Assembly: GCA_964528675.1 (NCBI GenBank) | Contig: CAZGTU010000006.1 | Coordinates: 29,424 to 93,423, forward strand | Length of the DNA: 64,000 nt | Origin: an uncultured Bacteroidaceae bacterium | GTDB taxonomy: Bacteria > Bacteroidota > Bacteroidia > Bacteroidales > GCA-2748055 | Reading direction: 5' to 3' | Part shown: piece after piece, positions 39,701 to 47,785 of the stretch | How the letters are laid out: each line of letters begins with the position of its first letter | How positions within the stretch are numbered: position 1 is the stretch's first letter | Notes under the pieces: generated by a model | Seen by the model: the letters and a program-made list of their open reading frames with translations, nothing else | Databases searched by the model: none | What the model was told of the DNA's origin: nothing | Position numbers and translations under genes: made by a program

Positions 39701-40959
39701 CTCTCAATGTCCCATATTCCTTCTTCAAAATTACCTGTTGAGCCCTCGGAATATAACCTAATTCTATGAAATCTATTCATCCCGGGTTCATTATCCTTTT
39801 TCATAACGGTAATGCCCCCGACCCTGCATCCCACAAAAATTTCCCTTTCAGCTCCTTCAAAACACATCACAGTGTTTGATGCCAGGGAATTTTCATTATA
39901 AGGAATATGTCTGTATGTATTAAATTCCTTTTTCTGCAGATTTAAAATACTGATGCCCTGTCCCTGGTGGCCTACCCATAAGTTACCGGAAAAACCTTCA
40001 TAAAGAGAGAGAATAGTATTATTGAGCAAACTTCCCCATCGATAGGGGTTTCCCTCATAGGTGCCGGTATTTCCGGTATGCAGATCAATATAATGCAGTG
40101 CAGGATTGATTGCAGAACAATAAATTCGATTATCACCGGCATGGAGAATGTTTTGAATATCCTGTCCTTTAAAATAACTTTCTTTCAGATAATCATTTTT
40201 AATAACAGAATAAGGCTTTACACCTTCAGTAGTGGCAAGATAGATAGAACTTTCATTTTCCACATATACAGCATCATTGACATTACCTGAGGCTATATTC
40301 AGCTCTTTTACAAAAATATGGGGTGTGCCGTCAAAGTCGGAAAATTCACCGGAATACATTGTGGCAATATTTGTCTCTGAATTATTGGAAGCAAAATACA
40401 GCTTGTCGTCATTCGACATTGAAAAATTAAAGTAATAATTTGTTCCGGGATAGGAACTTCTGATCTCAATTTTGGGTGCAGGAGAATCCTGATTTACAAC
40501 AGGATCGGTCATTATGTAATAGAAACCATCAAGAGCATGAATTATCATCCTGTCCTCCAGTTCCAGGAAATGTAATACATTCAAAGAAACTGATTCATCT
40601 CTCTCAAATTCAAGGGTGATAAAATTATCTTTCTCACGGTTATATAAACATAAATGTCTGTCGGTAGCTATCCACAAATTATTTCTTGAATCAACAAAAA
40701 GCTCCTTGATCTTCTTTGTAGGCAGGCTCCTGGGATTGCCAAGCTCAGGCCTGTAGTGGCTAAAATCATATCCATTATATTTGATCAACCCCGACCATGT
40801 AGCAAACCACATCAGCCCGTCATCATCCTGGGCAATAGAGGTAATTTCACTGTCTTTCAATCCATCATAAGGGCGCAGGTATCTAAAATCGAAACCCGCG
40901 GTAGTTTTTACAGAAAATAACAGGAATGTAGTTAATAATATAGCGGTAGATTTTTTCAT
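36784..40959 (-). CDS. Hybrid two-component system regulator (beta-propeller sensor, Y_Y_Y, TM, HisKA/HATPase, receiver, AraC HTH)
   Basis: Reg_prop repeats ('WIGT..GL', 'GLPSNDV'); 'YKLEGFD..W'; H-box 'NIAHGLRTPL'; 'GAGIGLS'; receiver 'LLVEDN...SDIIMPVMDG...KPF'; AraC 'GFNNVSYFIKCFKDQYG'. Confidence 0.96.
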   Translation of the reverse strand: MKKSTAILLTTFLLFSVKTTAGFDFRYLRPYDGLKDSEITSIAQDDDGLMWFATWSGLIKYNGYDFSHYRPELGNPRSLPTKKIKELFVDSRNNLWIATDRHLCLYNREKDNFITLEFERDESVSLNVLHFLELEDRMIIHALDGFYYIMTDPVVNQDSPAPKIEIRSSYPGTNYYFNFSMSNDDKLYFASNNSETNIATMYSGEFSDFDGTPHIFVKELNIASGNVNDAVYVENESSIYLATTEGVKPYSVIKNDYLKESYFKGQDIQNILHAGDNRIYCSAINPALHYIDLHTGNTGTYEGNPYRWGSLLNNTILSLYEGFSGNLWVGHQGQGISILNLQKKEFNTYRHIPYNENSLASNTVMCFEGAEREIFVGCRVGGITVMKKDNEPGMNRFHRIRLYSEGSTGNFEEGIWDIERVTDDYYLAGTLEGVYKVIKEKGEWRMYPFSEESIFGWSTRKIFVDENKNAWFGVAGYGLILVPDIIDNEDLIYYQFTSESDNPQTLSDNEIISMHVDSKSRFWIGTTNGLNLLNTPYNKINLSGNVAPELTFKRFVATRPDPEFLNNNEINCIFENFDNTIWFGTQGGGINIYHPDEDIFSHLTIEDGLPSNDVMGILRDETGVLWMSTKSDLVSYNQYAENPRFVRYSFYDGTQGNIYMVNAFYRYVNGDMFFGGDNGFTTFTPGDIKPNNIAPKLAITDLRIIDREIEVGDTISKNNTLANNINYTEQLTLPFSMKVFSIGVAVLHYQYPEGNYLAYKLEGFDNHWNYIPAEKRYLQFSNLPHGNYTLKLRAYSSDDVPLGDIKQLGLIITPPWYKEWYFILVYVLIGLAIVLSFAWIAYNRQKLAYQKKLDDMSIQTNESKMLFLTNIAHGLRTPLSLVIGPVEDMLQNYTDVNPKWRNHLLLIHRNSNYLLKLINQIIDFRRLHAGKLTLYRQNLDIGKLVKEVGINFKGFEGRRKVRMQFEIPDDPVIISVDSQKIEEVLYNLLSNAFKHTPDEGSIVLSLGKTDVEVRISVFNEGSEIEENEKYRIFERFYKKDENIEGAGIGLSFSKSLVELHGGRIEVESYNGKGVVFHVYLPYEREEAAETTDQELVKSEIIEASSEGWHLSDNGDIDDSNELKVLLVEDNEDLRSFLKSVLSKEYAVYEAGNGKDGLELVKEIMPDIVISDIIMPVMDGYKFCKEIKDSQSICHIPVILLTAKDTNEQMISGYDVGADAYVTKPFDLGVISSQISRLIKNRKLIRKKYLDQNFMIEVTKNNLSRDDEFIINVRKLLESNLANPDYNVKELASSLNISSTQLYRKIKALTGYSPGEFIRLIKLQKAYELLVKRTKSVKEICYLSGFNNVSYFIKCFKDQYGVTPAAVKDNGGVDVDHNSDNTKNSKISKLEH

Positions 40960-41116
40960 ATCCCCTCCTCCCTGAAAATACTTCCAAAAATTTTTAGTTA
41001 ATAGCAGTATTCTGTTTTTAAACGAAAATTAATGATTTTAATTGCAAATTATTCGACAGTAAAGTAAATAGAAATGAATTTATTATGCAAATGGGGAGGG
41101 AGTTGGGAAGTTCTGT

Positions 41117-41192
41117 AGTTATGCAGTTATGCAGTTATGCAGTTATGCGGTTATGCAGTTATGCGGTTATGCGGTTATGCGGTTATGCGGTT
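41117..41192. repeat. Octamer tandem repeat (A/G)GTTATGC x9.5 in the HTCS / T9SS-arm divergent promoter region
   Basis: agttatgc x4, ggttatgc, agttatgc, ggttatgc x3, ggtt. Confidence 0.95.
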
Positions 41193-41530
41193 GGACAGTT
41201 CATAATTTTAGCACGCTCAGGGACCGGTTCACCTAGGTTTGGTGTATTTCATCATAAATAAGTGTAGTCAATGCTGTTTCCTCTGAAGATTAAAGCCTTT
41301 GAGAGATCGAAACTTATTTCGAATACTCAAAGAACCTGCATATACAGCTATTTCTGTTATTCTTGTAACAAACTAGCATGTTCTACAATATGGATGTAAT
41401 GTAATAATTATTTTATTTTTGAATGAATACTTTTATTCTTCAGTTTGTAAGTTTTATGATGAGTTATAAAAAATTGTAATATTTGCCTACTGACGAGTTA
41501 ATTTTATTTTCTAACTAAAACTTAACCACT

Positions 41531-44500
41531 ATGAAGTTAAAACTGTTACTTTTAACTCTGGCGGTATCCTGCGGTGTTCTAAATGCCCAGGATACTATCA
41601 GATCTTTGATTATTTCGGAGGCCAGGCTTGATGCTGCGCAGAATGCTTATGTTGAAATCACAAACGTAGGTGATGCTCCTCTGAATATGTCTGATTTTGA
41701 GTTCGGTACTGTGGGGCCATGGACACAACCTTACGAACCCGAAGAGAATTATTTTTTCATGCTCCCTGACAGGGAACTTGGAGTGAATGAAAGTTTCGTT
41801 ATGGCTATGGTCTATGATTTCGGACCCGAGCAATGGCTGGTTGATCCGGACAATTTCGATGAAAAGATCACCAAAGACGAAATGTGGACACTCGCTGATA
41901 TCCAGTTGCACTTCCCGGAACCCAAAGGATATCCGGATAACCCGACTGATTCCGTCTCTCCGAATTATCATGCGATGGAAGTATGGAACGGAAGGGATTG
42001 CTGGTATATTAGGCATCATGTTAGCGAAACAGATTCTGTTGTAGTTGACCAGGTTGGAGGCATCTTCACTGAAGATGACGGAACCAGCGAGGATAAGGCA
42101 CATGATGTTGCCGGTGTAACCGATGCAACCAACAACAGTGTCCTTGTCCGGAAATTCAGTGTTAAAACCGGTAATACCGATTTTGAAGCAGCGAGAGGTG
42201 TTGACCTCGCTGACTCGGAATGGATGCCTATTCCATTCTTATTTGGTGGTTGGGAACCCAATCGTGCTGTATTCTGGACAGTAGGCAACCATGGAGATTA
42301 CAACCTGAATGAAACAACTTTGGTTTCTGATAATGTGGATATCAACTGGCAAGACTCCATTCTTACCGTACCATGGGGTGTGAGAAATGACGACTCCCTG
42401 ATGTTCCAGTTTGACAGACAGCCGGGACTTGCATGGCATTATCATTATGCACCCAATCATGAAGATTCAGGATATGTATCAGCTCGTACGGGTGATGTAC
42501 TGACTGTTTATGCATGCGGAAATGACCTTGACAGGATCGACTTCAATGTTGAAGTTGCCGAGCCAACTGCAGATGCCAATATTGTAATTCCGAAGAGAGT
42601 TCCCGGAGATAACGGCTGGTACGGACAATGGGCAGGTGCTCCTTTTGAAGTTACCGACGGTGTTCCCGGTATGGACTCTATCAGGGAAGTTCCTTTCGGA
42701 ATAAGAACAGATACCATGCTCAAGTATCTTGAAAAAGCACCCAATGCTACATGGGAATTTGTTTGGGTTGACGGTGAAGAATCCACTTCCGTAGAAAACG
42801 GTGATATTCTCAGGGTTACTGCCGAAAGCGGAGCTCAGAAAGATTATTACATTCAGGTAGAAGAATACAGTCCAAGTCATAATGCTTATCTAAGCTCCAT
42901 CACATGGCCTGATATTCCTGAATTCTATTATGATGCTTATGGCTGGATTGGCGATACCGTACCTAATTTTGTCAGATCGAAATACGATTATAAGGTACAG
43001 GTTCCTTTCGATGTGGAGGGTATTCCTTCTCTCGTGCCGAAAACAGAACACCTGAATGCAAAAGTTGAGGTTGAAAGAGCTGCTTCACTTACAGGACCCG
43101 CTGCAAGCAGAACCATTACTTTCAACACAACTGCAGAAGATGACACCACGGAATTAATTTACAAAGTTCAGCTCGAGAAGGAGAAAAATCCCGATAATCT
43201 CCAGTCATGGGAAGGCGAACCCTTTGTTTCACAATTGATCTTCTGGGAACAGTGGGACAATGGTTTTGTTGAATTCTGCAATCCGGGTACAGAACCTCTC
43301 GATTTCAGTGATTATATGATCTTCTTCCAGTGGTCAAATGATCCGGCCGAAGCTATTACCTGGTTTACAGGCGAAGATGAGTGGATGGACAGGTACGTAA
43401 AATACATTCCCGGTTATAAATGGCAGGATTCCACCAACTGGAAAGTTGAGCCAGCAATTGCTGTTCAGGATCTTAATGTGAATCCGATTATACAACCCGG
43501 TGATGTATTTGTTATCGCTGATATCAGATCTACCGGTAACAGTGGGTATCCATGGTTTGCCAGTGAACAGTCTGACATAGACTTTAGCAATAATCCATGG
43601 GATGAACCGGTAGGTGAAACCTGTGCACGTCAGTGGACCGGTGCTAACCTTTTCCTTTACAAGATCCTTAATGACTCCATTAAGCAGGGACTTAAGCCTG
43701 CCACAGATCCGAATGACTTCGAACTTATCGAAACATTTGGCGGTGGAGATGGCAATGCATGGGTAATCGGAGGCCACACTGCAGATATGATCAACGGATG
43801 GGTAAGAAAGCCCCAGTATTTTGAACCCAAACCAGGATTCAAGGAATCATTCGGCAGCAATGAGGAAGACAGCGAATGGATCATGACTGACAGGGCGCAT
43901 TACCAGAAACTCAATGTCGGATGGCCTGCAGAGATCCTGCTTGTTGCTGACGGTCTTGGAAATCATTTCATGGACGAAGTAACTATCTTCAAATCCACAG
44001 TTACATCCCTTGCATACAAAGTGAGTCCGGGATATTCAATGGAAGAAGAGATAAGAGGTGTTGTTACAGGAACCACAGTAACTGAATTCCTTGATAACAT
44101 CATTCCTGCGGATACAGGACAGACATTGATTGTTAAGAGTGCTACAACAGATGAAGAACTGACAGGAGATCAAACCCCTGCAGATAGCGACAGTCTGATC
44201 GTGATCTCTGCCGATTCTGTCAATACTTCAGCATACCTCCTCGAGGTTACTGAAGATGGTCTGAATTCAGATGCCGTTCTTACTTCAGATCCTTATACAA
44301 TCACTGTTGATGGTGAAACCGGTACCATCGAAGGATTTGACTACGGGACTGCAGTGAAAACTGTTATGGAGAACGTTACCGTTCCTGCGGGAGCTGTGCT
44401 CACCGTTGTTGATGAATACGATGCTTATGTACCTATGAAGAAACTTAACTTCGATACCACTTACACAGATGTTGAAGTAAGAGCTGATATCTACTTTGAG

Positions 44501-45325
44501 GTTATTGCAGAAGATGGTGTGACCGAGATCACCTATCAACTCGTACCGACTGCGGAAGCTTCCGATGCTTTCGTAATGTCAGAAGTCTACAGTGTAGACC
44601 AGGCTACTTCACTCATCTCACTTGTTCCGATGGGAACCACTGCACCGTCAATGTTAAGCAACCTGATTGCACCTCCGGGAGCAACAGTTGTTATCGTTGA
44701 TAAGCTGGGAGATGAGCGTACCATGGGTGATGTTTACAAAGATGACCAGGTAATTGTCACCGCTGCTGACGGTGAAACAACCCGGACATACTACATGTCT
44801 ATGCTTGAAGAAGAAACCTTCCTGGCATATGTTGTTTCCGAAATGTATGATGTAGACCAGCAGGAGGGCATGATCTCAGGTTCCGGAGTTACAGGAAGCA
44901 CTACACTCACCGACTTCTATAACAACCTGACACCTGCACCCGATGCCACTATGGTAGTTCTTAACCAGGCCGGTGAAGAAAACACCACCGGAGACCTCGA
45001 TGAAGGTGACTATCTCATGGTTACTGCAGGTGACGGAGTAACCGTTACATATTATGAAATCACTCTGGATTACACAGGTGTAGATTTCGAAGATGCAGGA
45101 ATTAACATCTATCCTAATCCTTCAACCGGTATTATCAATGTTGCAGGACTCACCCAGGGAACCCGTATACATGTATACAACTCCGTTGGGGTAAGACTCC
45201 GCGACATTAAGGTACATCAGGCACATGAAGTGATCTCACTGGATGATCAGCCTGCAGGAATCTACTTCATTGTTGTTAGTGATGAAGAAAATGTAGTCGG
45301 ACGTTACAAATTACTTCTTAAGTAA
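41531..45325 (+). CDS. Large acidic non-catalytic T9SS-secreted protein (two lamin-tail-like domains, ~6 related ~85-aa repeats, cadherin-like sandwich, type A CTD)
   Basis: Sec signal; 'LIISEARLD...YVEITNVG' and 'FVSQLIF...FVEFCNPG'; repeats ending 'V.A.DG.T...Y'; CTD 'IYPNPSTG...VYNSVG...GIYFIVV...KLLLK'. No glycoside hydrolase motif seen. Confidence 0.8.
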   Translation: MKLKLLLLTLAVSCGVLNAQDTIRSLIISEARLDAAQNAYVEITNVGDAPLNMSDFEFGTVGPWTQPYEPEENYFFMLPDRELGVNESFVMAMVYDFGPEQWLVDPDNFDEKITKDEMWTLADIQLHFPEPKGYPDNPTDSVSPNYHAMEVWNGRDCWYIRHHVSETDSVVVDQVGGIFTEDDGTSEDKAHDVAGVTDATNNSVLVRKFSVKTGNTDFEAARGVDLADSEWMPIPFLFGGWEPNRAVFWTVGNHGDYNLNETTLVSDNVDINWQDSILTVPWGVRNDDSLMFQFDRQPGLAWHYHYAPNHEDSGYVSARTGDVLTVYACGNDLDRIDFNVEVAEPTADANIVIPKRVPGDNGWYGQWAGAPFEVTDGVPGMDSIREVPFGIRTDTMLKYLEKAPNATWEFVWVDGEESTSVENGDILRVTAESGAQKDYYIQVEEYSPSHNAYLSSITWPDIPEFYYDAYGWIGDTVPNFVRSKYDYKVQVPFDVEGIPSLVPKTEHLNAKVEVERAASLTGPAASRTITFNTTAEDDTTELIYKVQLEKEKNPDNLQSWEGEPFVSQLIFWEQWDNGFVEFCNPGTEPLDFSDYMIFFQWSNDPAEAITWFTGEDEWMDRYVKYIPGYKWQDSTNWKVEPAIAVQDLNVNPIIQPGDVFVIADIRSTGNSGYPWFASEQSDIDFSNNPWDEPVGETCARQWTGANLFLYKILNDSIKQGLKPATDPNDFELIETFGGGDGNAWVIGGHTADMINGWVRKPQYFEPKPGFKESFGSNEEDSEWIMTDRAHYQKLNVGWPAEILLVADGLGNHFMDEVTIFKSTVTSLAYKVSPGYSMEEEIRGVVTGTTVTEFLDNIIPADTGQTLIVKSATTDEELTGDQTPADSDSLIVISADSVNTSAYLLEVTEDGLNSDAVLTSDPYTITVDGETGTIEGFDYGTAVKTVMENVTVPAGAVLTVVDEYDAYVPMKKLNFDTTYTDVEVRADIYFEVIAEDGVTEITYQLVPTAEASDAFVMSEVYSVDQATSLISLVPMGTTAPSMLSNLIAPPGATVVIVDKLGDERTMGDVYKDDQVIVTAADGETTRTYYMSMLEEETFLAYVVSEMYDVDQQEGMISGSGVTGSTTLTDFYNNLTPAPDATMVVLNQAGEENTTGDLDEGDYLMVTAGDGVTVTYYEITLDYTGVDFEDAGINIYPNPSTGIINVAGLTQGTRIHVYNSVGVRLRDIKVHQAHEVISLDDQPAGIYFIVVSDEENVVGRYKLLLK

Positions 45326-45347
45326 TCACAGATTATCCTATATAAAG

Positions 45348-45377
45348 AAAGAGCCTGGTATTCAGGCTCTTTTTTTA
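45348..45377 (+). terminator. Intrinsic terminator after the large T9SS protein
   Basis: aaagagcctg-gtatt-caggctcttt followed by a T-run. Confidence 0.8.
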
Positions 45378-45462
45378 TTTATTTTCAATATATTATGTCA
45401 GTCAGTTGATACGGTTGAGAGACCTGTTGAATAAAGGAAAGTTCCATTACAATTTAATATAT

Positions 45463-47433
45463 ATGAAGAAGCTAACTCTACTAACTGCACTAACATTTAT
45501 TTCCTTACTTGCATTTCCCCAGATCACAGCCTGGGAAGCTGCAGAGCAAATGCACAAAGGCATTAATCTGGGAAATACACTGGAACCACCCCTGGAGGGA
45601 GGCTGGAACAATCCACCTGCAGAGGAATATTATTTTGACCTCTACAAGAATGCAGGATTCCAATGTGTAAGAGTTCCCGTAAGATGGGATAAACACACTC
45701 AAACAAGCTCGCCTTATGCTGTAAATGAAGAATGGCTTCAGCGCGTGGAGGAAGTACTTGACTGGGGGCTGGAAAGAGATTTATTTGTTGTGGTCAATGC
45801 TCATCATGATAACTGGATTAAGGATAATTATGAAGATCCTGCCATGAGGGCCCGGTTTGACAGTATCTGGGCACAGATCTCACGACGCTTTAAAGATAAA
45901 CCCGAAAAACTAATCTTCGAGATCCTCAACGAACCTCACGGACTCACAAAAGCCCAGAATGATGATATGCATGCCCGGGTACTTTCCATTATAAGGAAAA
46001 CCAATCCGACACGACTTGTTATATTCCAGGGACATAACTGGGGAGGCTCAGATGAACTGATCGAAGCCGCAATACCCCGGGATGATTACCTTATTGGATC
46101 TTTTCACTCATACGATCCCTATCTTTTCGGACTTGAAGGAGAGGGAAGCTGGGGATCTCCCTCAGATGTAAGCACACTGAAAAGCAAATTTCAAAAAGTA
46201 AAAGACTGGTCCGACACACATAATATCCCGGTATTTCTGGGAGAATTCGGGGCTATTAATAAATGTGAATATAATTCACGCATGAAGCATTACAAGTTTT
46301 ATGTTCAGTTCGCCAGGGAATATGGTTTTGTGTATTGTGCATGGGATGACGGCGGAGATTTTCGCATTATGCAGCGGCAATCAAGGGGATGGAACGAAAT
46401 TAAAAACATACTTTTGCATACCAGCAAGAATTCACCTGCCGGACCAAAACTGGAACTTCACCAGGACACTATTATGAGATTGAGCTGGGAGAATAAATTA
46501 GCAGAAGCAGACAGCATTTGCATTGAGCGGCGCAATGATTTCAGTAACTTCTGGAAGATTGCCACTCTTGAGCCCGATGCTACAGCGTATTTTGATGAAG
46601 GACTTTTCCCCAATTCATATTACTATTACCGTGTAGTTGCCTATTATAACGGAGGAGAAAAATTATACTCACATCCTGTAAAAAAACTTATGCCCGTTTA
46701 TGTTCCGAAAGTGAGAGAAGCTTTCAAAGGATATCCTTTCCCTATTCCGGGTATCATTGAGGCTGAAGATTTTGATAAAGGAGGAGAAGGTCTCTCCTAT
46801 CACGATGGGACCCCGGGCAACATTGCCGGAGCTTACCGGCCCAATGAAGGAGTGGATATTTATGAAACCGGCAATGAAGAATACCAGGTTGGCAGCATAA
46901 TGCCCGGAGAATGGTATGAATATTCCGTAAATGTCCGGAATAAAGGCATTTATGGCCTGGATGTTTATATATCGGCAATTCAGGAAGGAGGAAGCTTTAA
47001 AGTATCAGTGGGAGATTCAGAAACAAATACCCTGCAGGCTCCAAATACCGGAAGCTGGCTTGTTACAACTCCCGTGAGCACAAACATTGAACTTTCTGCC
47101 GGTGAACAGATAATGCGTTTCACTATAATTGATGATCCATTATTTAACATTGATAAGTTTGAATTTAGCCTCGACAATACATCTGCAGAACAATACCCTG
47201 AACATTTCTCATTCCAGGCTTATGTGAACAATTATGAGGAAATCATTATCAAGTTTGAGGAAGGCACTGATATTTCAATATTGCATTTATATGATGTAAG
47301 GGGAAATCGGGTAAAAAGCATTACAGCTCCTTCTTCAAACCCGAAAATCCAGACTTCTGATCTGGAAAATGGAATTTATATAATTCAAGCCTTGTCTGAT
47401 AAAATGAATATAACAAAGAAGATAATACTGTAA
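45463..47433 (+). CDS. GH5 endo-beta-glucanase/mannanase (GH5_25-like) + FN3 + CBM6-like + T9SS CTD
   Basis: Likely start ATG 45463 (MKKLTLL); 'GINLGNTLEPP.EGGW', 'VRVPVRW', acid/base 'EILNEP', nucleophile 'FLGEFG', 'WDDGG'; 'IEAEDFDKGGEG.SYHD'; CTD 'LYDVRG...GIYII...KKIIL'. Confidence 0.88.
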   Translation: MKKLTLLTALTFISLLAFPQITAWEAAEQMHKGINLGNTLEPPLEGGWNNPPAEEYYFDLYKNAGFQCVRVPVRWDKHTQTSSPYAVNEEWLQRVEEVLDWGLERDLFVVVNAHHDNWIKDNYEDPAMRARFDSIWAQISRRFKDKPEKLIFEILNEPHGLTKAQNDDMHARVLSIIRKTNPTRLVIFQGHNWGGSDELIEAAIPRDDYLIGSFHSYDPYLFGLEGEGSWGSPSDVSTLKSKFQKVKDWSDTHNIPVFLGEFGAINKCEYNSRMKHYKFYVQFAREYGFVYCAWDDGGDFRIMQRQSRGWNEIKNILLHTSKNSPAGPKLELHQDTIMRLSWENKLAEADSICIERRNDFSNFWKIATLEPDATAYFDEGLFPNSYYYYRVVAYYNGGEKLYSHPVKKLMPVYVPKVREAFKGYPFPIPGIIEAEDFDKGGEGLSYHDGTPGNIAGAYRPNEGVDIYETGNEEYQVGSIMPGEWYEYSVNVRNKGIYGLDVYISAIQEGGSFKVSVGDSETNTLQAPNTGSWLVTTPVSTNIELSAGEQIMRFTIIDDPLFNIDKFEFSLDNTSAEQYPEHFSFQAYVNNYEEIIIKFEEGTDISILHLYDVRGNRVKSITAPSSNPKIQTSDLENGIYIIQALSDKMNITKKIIL

Positions 47434-47444
47434 CAATAACGAAA

Positions 47445-47762
47445 ATGAAAACTATCAAACTAATCCTGATAATAATTACCCTTACACCTTTACTTGTTGG
47501 CGCACAGATTGTTAAAAAACATGGAGATCTATCTGTTAACGAAATTTACCTGGTTGACAAGTCAGGAGAACCCTTAATGTTAAAAGGTGTAAGTTATGGC
47601 TGGCATAACTGGTGGCCCCGTTTCTACAATAAAAGCACGGTAAAATGGCTGGCAGAAGACTGGAATGCAATGGTTGTCAGAGCGGCAATGGGAATAGAAC
47701 CGGAAAAAGGATATCTTGAGCCCGGCGAGAGATCATTGAGGCTCGGGAAGAAGGAAAAATGA
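47445..47762 (+). pseudogene. Truncated GH5_2-type cellulase (signal peptide + ~70 aa of catalytic domain only)
   Basis: 'HGDLSV...LVDKSGEPLMLKGVSYGWHNWWPRFYN...DWNAMVVRAAMGIE..GYL' is a GH5_2 N-terminus. Similarity stops at ~aa 92, both catalytic Glu are missing, and the next gene starts 23 nt after the stop. Confidence 0.8.
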
Positions 47763-47785
47763 AGAATTAAAAAATACAGTTTGCA

